Source: Lama guanicoe (lineage: Eukaryota). Taken from it: DNA of 64,000 nucleotides. The notes beneath the pieces were generated by a model. That model searched no databases. It was not told where the DNA came from and was given only the letters and a program-made list of their open reading frames with translations. Location: assembly GCA_013239625.1 (NCBI GenBank), contig MU054662.1, forward strand, positions 13,133,798 to 13,197,797, given 5' to 3'. Below, piece by piece: positions 21,701-33,589 of this stretch. The first letter of the stretch is position 1, and each line of letters starts with the position of its first letter. Made by a program: the position numbers and the translations under genes.

Positions 21701-24157
21701 GGGTCACGGAGGAGACACAGTGCGAACTGGGGGACAGCGAGGGGCCTCACCTGCTCTCGGGGACCAGAAAAGGCCTCCTGGGGGAAGTGGCATGCAAGCG
21801 TGGGTTGGGGCTCATCAGGCAAAGGTGGGGACGGCTGTGAGGGGACCCTCCGGGCAGAGGGGGCGGCTCCATGCAGACACCGCGAAGCGAGATCTCGGGC
21901 CAGGCTGCTGGAGCGCAGATGGAGAAAGAGCAGTGGGGACAGGGCAGCATCCGTCCTCAGGGAGCAGATGGAGCGCAGCTGGCCGGCCGGCAGGGGTGGG
22001 CTGGGGTCCAGCCGGGCCCCCGGGCCCCTGCAGCCCCTCCTCCGTGTTTATCTCCATTGCTGGAAGAAGCAGGTCCTGGAGAAGCAGAATTGAGGGACCC
22101 GAAGGGGAGACCCCAGGACTGCCGTCCCCCGGTGTGGGATGGCAGGGACTGATGCTGCAGGGACCGGAGGCCCACCTCGGTGAGACTTGTGAGCTGAGAG
22201 AGAAAAGCCAGCAGCCCAGGGAGAGCTGCGTGGTGCGGTCGGGCCATCTAAGTGGGGGTGGGGTCCTGAGTTACCCAGATCGGAGGGAGGGCCAGCGGCG
22301 CTCAGTCCCAGAACTCACGGGACCCGAGGGTGGGGCCTGGGGTCATCTGGGTGATCGCGGGTGAGCGCACGCGAGACCGGGAGGATTCTGGGACAGCGGC
22401 CACTGGCATCACCACTAATGGCGATTTTCAGAGTAGAGCCAAAGACACTTGCATCCCAGCTGCCCAAGTGCCCAGGGGCTGGCCGAAGCCCTGGCTCAGT
22501 CAGCAGCCGGGCCCTGGTGTGTCAGATGAGAGGAGAAGACCTGTCTTGGATCCGCTCTGACGCTGGAATCAGTGCCCCGGCTGAACGGGATTCACCAAGC
22601 AGCGAACAGGACCTAGCGATTTTTTTTAATGAACTCTCTAAAGTAGGAAAGTATGTTTAAATGTCTCAAAAGCGTCAGGGGAGGAAGAGTCCTGGGAGGT
22701 GACACGTAAGTCGGTGTCTGCGTACAACTCGCTTCTGAAACTACAGACGACTTGGCTCTGCCTGGAAGGATGGTCCAAGGCACACGTCTCAAGAGGACAC
22801 TGGGCTGTGTCTACACTGCAGGGACACCTGTGGAGGCACCGTGGCAGGCGGCGGAGCCCAGAGCCAGGACCCGAGACTGGAAATATTCAGGGACTGGCCG
22901 GAGGCGTCGCACAGCCTGCTGCGGCTGGATTGAACAGAACGAAACAATGTTGACCAAATGCCCTTGGTGATTCTGAAGCAAAAGTCCGCCTGGAAGGAAT
23001 GCTGCAGCAGGAGCCCGTGTCCCTTTCAAGTGCAGGAGTTCAGAAACCGCTTCCTTGCGAGCGGCGGTTTTCCTTCACAGGTGAGTGGGTGCCTGAGAGG
23101 CAGCGAGAACCGGGCAGCGGGAAGGGCCCCGCGGCCTGGGCCGGCCCCGGGGCTCAGAGTGTTCTCAGGACAGAGGTGGAGCAGCTCCGAGTTGTTTTCA
23201 TTGAGACTGTGGTGATTACGGAGCCCCTGGCGCCTGAGGGTGGGGCGAGGGGCCCTCCCTGGTCCTGTGGGGCACAGAGATGCTGGCGTAAAACCCAGAA
23301 CAGTGGATCAGGAGAACCGGGTCTAGGAAACCACTCTCGGCCACCAGCACCAAGCATTTCCACACTCAGTCTCGTTGCTCCAAAAGGGCTGCCCGCCGGG
23401 GGGGCCCGGAAACAGCGTCTCCAGGACGGGGACTGGTGGGCGATGCCTGTGGCAGTCGCGCCAGAGGGGCGGTGCTGGGCGCGTTGGGAAGGCCAGGACG
23501 CTGCTTTGGGCCCAGAGTAACTTCCAGCGGTTCTGGGAACGGCGGACCAGGAGCAGCACGGCCCCGAGTCCCTCAACGCGAGAGCGGCTGGCAGGGAGGG
23601 TGGCTGTGGCAGGGGCGCGGGTTTGCGCCTCCGCAGGAGAGTCCAGGTCGAGGCACCTCACCGGGAAGTGGCTCAGCCTCAGCGGGAAACCAAGCCCACC
23701 ACGCCGAGGCGGGCGCCGACCTCACATGCCCCACACGGGAGAGGCGCAGGCAGCAGGGAGCCTGCTCTCTCCCCGGGAGCCCCCCAGGAGGAGACGGAAG
23801 AGAAGGGGGCGAGGGCTGGGCTCCGGGGACGAGGCGGGGGCCCCCACCCCTGCGTTGCAGGCAAGTGGCTCCCAGCAGCCTGTGCTGATTAGCGCCGTCA
23901 CAGTCGGTTCGGAGGCACGTCACAAGCAATTTGTGGGCAATAACAAAGGAGCAGATTTTGCCAGTGATTCCTTTCTTTATAAATTAGATTAATGTGTTAA
24001 GACGTCTTTGGTTGTAACGGAGAGGAGCCAAATTGAATTAGTTTGGGGAAGAAGAGGGACTTGCTGTGAGCTCTGTGTCACTCCCGGAGCAGGGGTGGGG
24101 CTGGACGCCAGCCTGGGACCAGGAAGCCAGTGTCCCCGGGACAGGCTCCTCTCACCC

Positions 24158-24214
24158 TGTGTGCGCGTGTGCGTGTGCACGCATGTGTGTGCGTGTGTGC
24201 GTGTGCGTGTGCGT
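24158..24214. repeat. (TG/CG)n mixed alternating repeat
   Basis: tgtgtgcgcgtgtgcgtgtgcacgcatgtgtgtgcgtgtgtgcgtgtgcgtgtgcgtg. Confidence 0.9.
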
Positions 24215-24619
24215 GAGATTCTAAAGAACAGACACGACTGAGAACTGCGGTTGAGGTTCTATTCTTTCCCTCTCAAATCCCTACAAAAGTTTTATGAACG
24301 AACAAATGCTGACGTAGGAAAGCAGTTTCTCTCGGTGGGTCGGGAGCGCCTACAGGAGGGTGCAGGCGTTCTCCTGTCCTTCCGCAGAAGCCCCGGCTGT
24401 TACCCGCACCGCAGCCGCCACCAGACCGCACAGCAAGCGGCCGGCTGCTTCCGTCTCTACGCTGAGCTGGCAGCCCCTCCAGGCGGCGCTCTGCTTTTTG
24501 TACCTTTGGTGTCTACTGCAGTGTCATTTAGAAGGTACCTTAGAAACGTTCGCGCCACAAATTGCTAAGACCAGCTGAGTTTTGTAGTCGTACAGCTGAG
24601 TGTATGTCATAAAAAGTTC

Positions 24620-24897
24620 TTTCTTTAAATTGACATGTTGATGTACAGCGCTGTGTTAGTTGCAGGTGTACAGCAAAGGGATTCAGTTACACACACACAC
24701 ACACACACACACATATATTCTTTTTCGGATTATTTTCCCTTGTAGGTTGTTACAAGACGCTGAGCATAGCTCCCCGTGCTCCACAGCAGGTCCTTGCTGT
24801 CTACCTACCTTATGCACAGTGTGTGTCTGTGAACCCCAGACTCCTCATGTGCCCCCTTCACCTCTGGCAGCCATGGTTTTCTTTCTGTGCCTGTGAC
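24620..24897 (-). mobile_element. L1 3'UTR fragment (cetartiodactyl type)
   Basis: ttgatgtacagcgctgtgttagttgcaggtgtacagcaaagggattcagtta...tgtaggttgttacaagacgctgagcatagctccccgtgctccacagcaggtccttg matches the reverse-complemented artiodactyl L1 3' end. Confidence 0.85.
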
Positions 24898-26439
24898 CCT
24901 CTCGCCCTTCATGCCTGCTTTGCCTGCAGGCTGGACGTGCTCCCACTGCAGGGCAGTCCCCTCCGAGCGGCACGGGAAGCAGCGACAAACAGCCCGCGAG
25001 CCCCGCGTGGCACACGGCGCGGCCCGCGCACTGACCCCTCTTCCGAGTTTCAGCCTGAACAGGGCTACGGAGTGGGCGATTCCAGCCGGGGCGTCGGAGC
25101 CGGTGTGGCCACGGCCCGAGCGGACTCGCCGCGCTCCCGCTCTCCCGACTGCAGCCCCGGTGCGCGCCCCCCCCCCCCAAGCCTCCTTCCCCCAAGTCCT
25201 TCCGCTGTTCCTGCACAGCCTGCCTTCCAGCCCCGTTGCCGTCTCTCGCCAGCACGGTCTGGCCTGGAATTTAGAGCCTGTCAGTAGAAATCCCCCTTCG
25301 CCCTGAATTCCCTCCCCAGAAGTGGCTTTGTGCGCGCCTCCTAACCATTTTGGAGGACCCACCGCCTTCATTCCTCTCTCCAGTGGGGGCTGGCTGCCCA
25401 CTCCCTGACCCCCAAACGCCTCTGGGTCTGCACCCCTGGCTCCCTGTTGCTTCCTCCAAACCACTCCTCTCACTCCCAGTCGCCAAGCCTCTGGAGTCAA
25501 GGTCATTGACTGTGTCCACCCCGCCCTCTCGAGTCACCCTGTCAGCTGACCCCTGGTCATTTCCCCTCGCTCATTAGCGTTCGAGCACTTGCTTTACTAT
25601 CAGCCTCTCTACCCCATCGTCCATTTCCAGGAGGACAATTCACCCAAAGCCCTGCTTCTGTATTTGCATTATGTCTGGGCGGGGGTGGGGGGGCTCAAGA
25701 GGCAGCAGGGGCCAACAGAGAAGGAAAATGTAATTAAATATAGAAACAGTCTCAGCTCAGCCTTGAATTACGCATGACTGCTCTATAGGGGGTTCAGGGG
25801 AGGGCGCGTCGGGGGAGGAGCAGCTCATTCATTCCAAAGACTGGACGTGATTTCCACAGCCGGACACGGGGGAGGGGAAATGCAGAGGGGGCACGGAGAT
25901 CCAGCTTTGGCGGTGCGCATAATCCTCCCGTCATCCTCCTCTCTGCCGTCTTTAAGGAGTTCGTCTTTCTCCTGTTTTTACAGTGAAGGGCAGTTGAATG
26001 GTTTAGCGTCCGAGCACGTCTTGGTCATAGCGTTTTGCATGCTACACGATCGTTTGCTTCTTGGGGTCTCTCCTTCGTGGACTTCTGAGGCTGGAGACTG
26101 CTCATCTTTGTATGTTCTGTATCTAAGGCGGCGCAACACAGTGGGGGCTTCCTGTTCACTTAGTGAAAGAGCAAACTTCGTGAGATGCCTGAGGATTTCT
26201 TGTTCATAGAACTATTCACAAAGAAAAATATAATGAAAAACATATGCCAAGTTATGAATAATAATCTTAGAGACACACTTTAAAAACCCAGCCAATCCAC
26301 AGCCCACACTCCACTGGGATAAAATTTTTGTGGTTTTGACATTTTTTCAAGCCTCCTCTAGAGAACCACGATGAGGCAGCCGTGTGCTCAGGCGTTTGTA
26401 AACACGGCTAGTGCGTTACACGGCTTTGTTGGTTTCCAG

Positions 26440-26625
26440 TCTGCAAGGTGCTTTCCAGGCACATTATTTTATTGAATCCTCCATCACGGGTGAGAGGGTG
26501 AGAGGTAGGTCTTATTATCCTGGCAAGAAAGTGAGGCCGAGATTTTTAAGCCCCTTGGCGAAGACCTTACCACCCATAAGTGGTAGAGCCTGAACATAAA
26601 CTGGGGTATTTGGTTCCCAGAATGG
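26440..26625 (-). mobile_element. MIR fragment
   Basis: gtgctttccaggcacattattttattgaatcctc...gaggtaggtcttattatcc...gaaagtgaggccgaga...taagtggtagagcctgaa. Confidence 0.65.
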
Positions 26626-27681
26626 TGATCTCTCTGCCTGGCTTTCCGCGGCCCCCAGATTACAGCCAGGATGTCTGACGCCGGAGAGACCGTGGGCTAC
26701 CAGCGAGGGTGTTCTATGGCTGTGCTATAAAAGAATCCCAGGGAAAAGCCAGCCGTGCTAATAAGTGTGTGATTTGCCTGCAAAACCCGGCAACACTTTC
26801 ATCCTTTTACAGCTTGTGCTACCGGTCAGACCCTGTATTATGTCTGGCCTGAATCTCAGTCTTTCAAGCGAGATGTGCAGGACTGTGAAAGGGCTTCAGT
26901 CTATTCTATCTGATCTGTGCAAGAATACGATTTTAGGGAGGATTATGTTCACCATCTCCACGGAGGGCACAGCCTCGCAGGAAATTAGCAAGTCGCAGCA
27001 ACGCAAACACAGGTTAGATCCAAGGAAAGGCTCCCTGATCGCCAGGGCGGTGAGATGCAGAGCGGGTTTGCAAAGCAGGATATGAAACCTCTATCGCTAC
27101 AGATTTTAAGAACAGGGGACGTTCCGTTCAGAGTTTATAGCAAGGCTGGAAGCTGAGAGATATTTATAACCAGCTCTGCTTCTGCAAGCCCCCACCCCAG
27201 GGAGGGAGTGGCAGCTTGCCCTGGGCTGTTTCTTTCCATGCATCCACGCCTCCCGCCTTGTGCTGCTGTGCAGTTTGCTTTTCCACAAGTAAGTGTGTTT
27301 TCTCTCTTCATTTCATCAAGCATGTGAAGTATGAGCCGGGTACCCACCCCCAGGAGAACCCTGCTGCCTGAGAAGTACTCCCGGTCGGTGAGCCCAGAGG
27401 TGAAAGCAGAAGGAGCTCAGCCCATGTGTCTCTTCCCCCGTCGTGTCCTCACCAAACCCGTAACCACGTTAGGAACGTCACAGAGCGCTCTTTCAAAGGC
27501 TGTGAGTGAGCCTTTTCCCTCTTTACCGACCACCTCAGTCGGCCCTCTTCCCCAGATCCAAAGTAATTATAGCCGTCTCTCTTTCTGTTTAAAATTTACA
27601 CCTGTATGTTTGGATGTATGTGTATTTATAGTTCTTCAGTGTTTTTCTTCTTCCGTCATTACACACTATTGTTGGGGTGCG

Positions 27682-28200
27682 TGTGGTAGGTTTCAAAGAT
27701 AATTCGGTTTCTTCGCTCCTTGCAGCCCCCCCACCCCACCATGAGATGTGTGACTCTGAGGGACTCTCCACTTTGACCTGGGATCAGCGCTGGGGCTCCT
27801 TTGTCCTCTGGGATGTCAGACATGACCCAAGCAGCGGCTTTAGAGGCGCCGGGCCGCGGGGTCTGACCTCTCTCACCCCTCCTTTGAACCCTCCGCCCAC
27901 CCTGTGAGCAGCCTGGGCTGGCCGGCTGCAGGGTGCAAGGCCACACGCAGAGACGCTGAGACGGGCCACCCCATGGAGGGCGCCCTGGACACAGACCCCC
28001 CAACTGCCAGACATGGGCGAGCCCGTCTGCACCTCCCAGACCCAGCCGGCTCGCCCACTGACCTCCGTGTCACCAGCGTCCAGCAGAGATGAACCAGGAC
28101 GACGTCACCCTACAGCCAGATAACCACCAGCTGATCTGCAGCATCGTTACCCAAATATGTGGTCGGTTTAAACCTTTCGGATGGTGTGTTACCAGCTGTT
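27682..28200 (+). mobile_element. MaLR solo LTR (MLT1H/MLT1I-like)
   Basis: Starts tgtggtaggtttcaaagat; internal acatgacccaagcagcggcttt, cctgggctggccggctg, actgccagacatgggcgagccc; ends aatatgtggtcggtttaaacc...ggtgtgttaccagc. Confidence 0.65.
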
Positions 28201-28239
28201 TCTAATCTCTCCCATCTTAGGCTGAGTTTATTTCAGGGA

Positions 28240-30235
28240 AATAAATAAATAAATATACATACAGAGACTAACGCAGCCAACATCCATGCACCCAACACCA
28301 AGACTTTAATGTCGTGTTGGCTTCAGATCATTTGGTACAGAGAGACTTGCAGACGAGGCGGACGTCTCCACAAACCCACTCTCCTTGTCACTTCCTGTTA
28401 GCAATTACTCTCATAAATATGGCATGTATTTCCTCTGCTCAAGCTTGTCCCTTGTATTTTATACATATATGCATGCCAGTGCATATTTTCTTTAGATAGG
28501 GTTTTTTCTTTATTCAATGAGACTAATATACATTAAATTCTATATACAATTCCTACATATATGTAAACCTGAATTTATTTCCCCGCCCCCCATAGTAGAC
28601 ACTTGGGGCTGATCCCGCATAGCAGCCCTGCGTCTATGATGATCTCTGTGCTGGTCCCCTTGTGCACAATTGAGGATATGAGCTGGAATCAGCTATTTAA
28701 TTTACTGTTTCCTATGCACTTTCTCAGTTTTACAAGAAATTGCTAGCTCTTCAAAATAGCAATGATAATTTAAATTTTTACTAGCAATGCATGGGTTTCA
28801 ATTTCCTCACCCGACACAAATACTTGATTATTTTTCAGCCAAGGGTAGGGTTAAGGAGTAAAACAAACATCTTAAAAAGTCAGAAAATTACATAAAGAAA
28901 ACTATGAAAGATTTAAATATAACACACATTAATATATTTTTAATAAGATAAGTGACAATAGCATCTTGTTTTATCTGCATCTTACTGATCGCTGGTAAGA
29001 CACAGTATTTCTCCATGTGTTTACTAGTCACGTGGACTTTTCCTGAATTTCCTGCAAAAAAACATTTGCACATTTTTCTTGTCTTTTTCTTCGCTTTTCT
29101 TGTCTTTTTCTTGCTTGTCTTTTTCTTATTGTTTTAAAAAGTTCTTTATATGAATATTTACCTCTTCTTTTTAATAAATGTTGCAGATATTTCCTCCAGC
29201 TTAGTTTTTGCATTTTACTTTGTCATAGTATATTAGCCATATGGAAATTTTCATTGTGATGTAAATTCATGCAATCCATCTTTTCATTTAACATGTGGAC
29301 TTCTTTCTTGCTCCACTCTTTGTTTAAAAAATTATTTTCTCTTCCAAGTTTGTAAGATATTTACATATATGTTTTTAAAATAATTTTTTGGTTTTGCATC
29401 AAATTCCTGTGGAATTGGGTTTTGGGTATAATGTGGAAGGGAAGGTGATACTGTTCTACGTGGAAAGGAAATTATTCTTATGCAGTTTTAACCATTTCTG
29501 CTTTCCACACTGATTTAAAAAAAAAATCTCTATTTAAGGTATCCGTATTTTTAAACGCTTGACTCTGGTCTAGGTTTTCTATTTTGCTCTGTTGATTTTT
29601 TTTATTTTTTGGTCTATTCTTAGACTAATACCACATTCTTTTAATTATTATAACTTTAAAGTGAAAGTCGACAAACAGTCATATGTGTCTCTCCTCTTGG
29701 TTATTTTGGAGAACTTGGCTGCTCCTATTCATTTACTAATTTTAGACATGTTTTAAATTTCACATAAAGTCCTTTGGGATTGCAATTAGAATTTCATTGC
29801 ATGAAAAGATTAACTTGGAAGAATTATATATTTACAACACTGAATTTTCCTATCAGACTAACGGCTACCTCTTTATTTGTTGAGATCCCTGATGCTCTTC
29901 TTGAGTTTTTATTTCTTTCCAAAATAGTTCAGCACGTATTTTGTTGGAGAGTTCCAAAACACCCTTCATAATTTTTTGTTGTTATTGCAGATGAGGTTTT
30001 TCTGTCCTGTTATACTTTGATCATTCCTGGAAAAGAGGAATATTATTTAATACACTCAGATTATGTCCTGCAACTCTACTGTACTTTTTATGTCTATAAA
30101 TTATTCTGGAATTTTGGGTATGCGATTACATCTTAAATAAATCAAAAAGAATATCTACTCCTTTCCAGCTTTAAGACATCTTTTCTTTCTATTCCTTGTC
30201 TTGCTGTTTTCTGGGACCTTCAGTAAATTGCTTAA
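28240..30235 (-). mobile_element. Ancient LINE-1 remnant (L1M/L1ME-like), AT-rich
   Basis: T-rich plus strand with reverse-L1 motifs: tagacacttgggg, ttactagcaatgcatg, aaatgttgcagatatttcctcc, ctaataccacattctttaattattataac, ttgggattgcaattagaattt. Confidence 0.7.
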
Positions 30236-30237
30236 TA

Positions 30238-31400
30238 TTCAGTCATATCCCAGATACTTACTGAGAACCTACCATGTGGCTGACTCCATTTAGATGCTTC
30301 CAAAACACAATATGTAACACAGAAAAACATTTTTTTTACTGACATAGGCTCTATTCTAACAAGAAACAAAGATAAAATATGCATGTTAAACAATTACAAG
30401 TGCTCTAAGGAGAATATAAAGCCCGACCAGAGGGCATAGGCTGCTGAGGTGCTGGCCGCAGGTGTAAGCAGGGCCACCAGGATCGACCTTCATGAGCTGA
30501 CATTTGAGGAAAGACTTGAAGGGAGTTCACCTTGCAAGTATCTGGGGAAAGAGCCCCCCAAGATGGATGGAAGTTCTCTGCCAAGTTTCAAAGCAGTGGA
30601 GAAGGTGACAAATAAGACGTGACTGAATTCTGGGTTTTCTGTCGGATTGGATGTGATGCTTGAGAGAAAGTAAGCTCTCAGGATTCTCATGTTTGTGTCC
30701 TAAACAAACAGAAGGATGTGTGTTCTCTCCACCGGGAAGGGAAAGACGGGTTAAACAGATCAAGGGGGCAGAAGACCAGGAGTCTACCTTGGAGGCCGTG
30801 AGCTGACAATCAGACATTCAAGGAGTGATGCTGGGGTGGCCATCTGATGGTCAATCTGACGTGTATGAGAGAGGTCTGGCTGGAGATGTAAATTTGAGAG
30901 GCACTGATAAAAAGAAAGTTTTTAAAGTCTTGGAGCTAGATGAAAGCATGAAGACTGAGGGCTGAGCCCTGGGGCACCCTACAGTTAAGAGACAGTGGTG
31001 ACGAGGAACCAAAAAAGGTAAGGGAGATGGAACAGCCGGTTAGGAGGGAAACCGAGACTATGGCATCCCGCAAACTAAGTGCAGGGTGTGTGACAGGAGG
31101 AGAGTGAACGGTGGTGTCAGACGCTGCGGACGAGTCGGGTGGGATGGAGCTGAGACTTGACTGCTGAGTGTACACGTGGAGGCCAGCGGTACCAGGATGA
31201 GTTCACGCTCATGTGAATGGTGGGGACAGACCCTGTTGGGGGGATCTGAAGAGAGGGTGGAGATCTCCGACACAGTGAGAACAGGTAACTAACTCTTCTG
31301 AATTTTGTTGGAATGGAGAGCAGAAACTGAGGCTGTAGCCTCAGAAACAAAGAGAAACACAGAGAGACACAGAGAATGCTTGTTTATGTGTGATGAAAAA
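30238..31400 (-). mobile_element. LINE-2 remnant
   Basis: atacttactgagaacctaccatgtg, tgacatttgaggaaagacttgaagg, gagaggtctggctggagatgtaaatttgagag, actgagggctgagccctggggcaccctacagttaagag are typical reverse-L2 motifs. Confidence 0.8.
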
Positions 31401-32104
31401 CGTCCAGCAAGAGAAAACGTGACGTAGGAGCCGAAGAAGAGGCTTTGAGAAGCCACGCCCCGGAGTAAGTGGAGGCGAGGCGAGCACGCAGCAGGGGGCC
31501 TGGTTCAGACAGAGCTAACGCGGCCTTTCTAGTCAAGCCTTGGCGGGCCCTCCTCGCCCGCCCCGCCAGGATTTGCCTTAGTCATAACTGAGCATTAGAC
31601 TGTAGCACCTCGTTCTCAGAGACCTGTCTAGATGGCCATAGCCTGTTCTTCTATTATCAGTGGCATATGACTAGCTTATTTCCTGTTGACCGGCTTTGTA
31701 CACATGGGGCAAATACTACTTAGGCACGACTGTTTATGCGGTATTTATCGTGTTTTAAGATGATCGCTTCAGTGTGTATAAATCACACAAGCTTATACTT
31801 TCCTGTATTGTCATTCTTCAGTTTGGGTCACCATTATACCGCTGCTTAAAATACGCTGAGTAGTTTTGCCTGAAAATATTCTTTTTTAAAATAGTTTAAT
31901 AAGGCAGGAGTTACCCTTTCTCGTCCCTGCGGGTTCAGTGCAATCAACAGAACCGTCTAGAACTAATGCTTTTCTCGGGAGGCGATGTGGACGCATGATG
32001 TAATCTCCTCAGGCTCACGGGTGTATTCATAGCTTCTACTTCTTCTGGCGTCAATTTTGCAATTTATAGGTATGATTTTATTTTTATCTATTTATTACTG
32101 TATG

Positions 32105-32243
32105 ATTTAATTATTACTATTTTTTCATTTTGGTGAGGGGGAGGTGATTAGGTTTATTTACTTTTAGAGGAGGTACTGGGCATTGAACCCGGGACCTTGT
32201 GCCTGCTAAGCACGCGCTCTGCCACTCGAGCTGTCCCCTCCCC
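32105..32243 (-). mobile_element. tRNA-Ala-derived SINE (camelid Vic-1 type) with 7-bp TSD
   Basis: Minus strand reads ggggaggggacagctcgagtggcagagcgcgtgcttagcaggcacaaggtcccgggttcaatgcccagtacctcc...taaataaacctaatcacctcccc plus an A-rich tail. It has Pol III A and B boxes and an AGC anticodon-loop remnant. ctgtatg flanks both sides (32098-32104, 32244-32250). Confidence 0.85.
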
Positions 32244-32479
32244 CTGTATGCGAGTGGGAGAGCCCCTGGGGAGCAGGCAGGGGGCGTGGCCCTGGCGGCA
32301 TCAGAGCCAGGCCGGGATGAGCTACAAAGCTGGACGGTGGGCCGGATTACTGCATCGTGTGGCTCTTACTTTGTGTTTGGCTTTACTCCTTTGATAACTA
32401 TCTAAGTTTAAAAAGCTAAAGCTCTAAACTCTGATTAGAAACAATGAACAGTACCTGCATGTAAATTAAAAAAAAAACA

Positions 32480-32600
32480 ACAAATACCCAGAATAGATAA
32501 ACCCAAAGAGAGAGATTGCATATTGGTGGTTCCCAGGGGCCGGGAGGAGGCTGCCCAGAGAGGGGAAGTGTTTAATGTGTAAGAGGTTTTATTCTGGGCA
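32480..32600 (+). mobile_element. L1MB-like 3'UTR fragment
   Basis: ccagaatagataaacccaaagagagaga...ttggtggttcccaggggccgggagg...tttaatgtgtaagaggttttattctggg resembles the L1MB 3' end. Confidence 0.55.
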
Positions 32601-33589
32601 GTCAGGACTGGCTATAGACATAAAGGAGACTCTGAAAGTGGCCGCGCCTGTGCCCCGACTCCCTACCGTTTGGAGAAGGCGCAAAGGCGCTGTTCTCACA
32701 TGCACACTGTGTGCACGCCCGTTCGGTGGAGGGCCCGTGTGCCGGAGAGAGCTGAACACGGTGCGTGGCACACTCCCTGCCTCTGCTACACCCAGCACTT
32801 CCCCTCAGCCACCGCGCCCCGGCTTTTACACTTGGCATTGACGGCTCCTCGTAGGGCTTCCAGACGTGGATGACACACCTCACTGCACGGCGTAGGGGCT
32901 CATACCCCAAGGGGCCGTCGAAGGGGCCGGATGATGCAACCCAGAAATGCAGGAGACGCTGCACTGCACAGAACACCTGAGCTAACGGAAGGCAAGGGAG
33001 GGGATGCGGCAGGGAAAATAACCCTCCCTTTCCTCTCTCCTGTGCACTCGGCCAACGCATGGCTTTCCCATGCACACCGTCTAAAGGAGACGCGCGCCGA
33101 GCAGCAGCGACTGCTAAGCCACCAGCTTTGTCCCCCCACTGCTGGGCTCCCTGGGAAGCGAGCGCCAGTGCAGTAAAGCATCGCGGTGCTTTGCTTTTTA
33201 AGTCTCTTACTGTTGCATTCCACCTTCTCCTCCTCTTTGCTGCCCTGGGTCTGCTCTACCCAAACGAAGCACCAGCAGTTCCTAGTTTCCCAGGAATCCT
33301 GGCTAAGAGACGAGCCTTCGCCTGCACACAGAACTCTCACTTCTTTCTCTGACAAACAAGTCGCCTCTACTTCTATTTGAAGGGAACCCTCCTTGGACAG
33401 TCAAATCCATCCCGTTTGCTCACTCAGGTTCCTGTCCTTGCCTTACTGTTTCCTCTGTGTCCTGCACGTCCCCGCGACGGGGTCTTCCCCATCAGACCAC
33501 AGACACGCCAGCACCCCCCACCCTTAAAGCTCCATCCTGCGCCCGCATCGCCCCTGCAGCCACTGCTTACTTTCTCGCCGGCCTTTGCG

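Noticed and set aside
32170-32243. tRNA-Ala-like sequence
   Set aside because: SINE head with tail and TSD; stems are degenerate, so not a tRNA gene.
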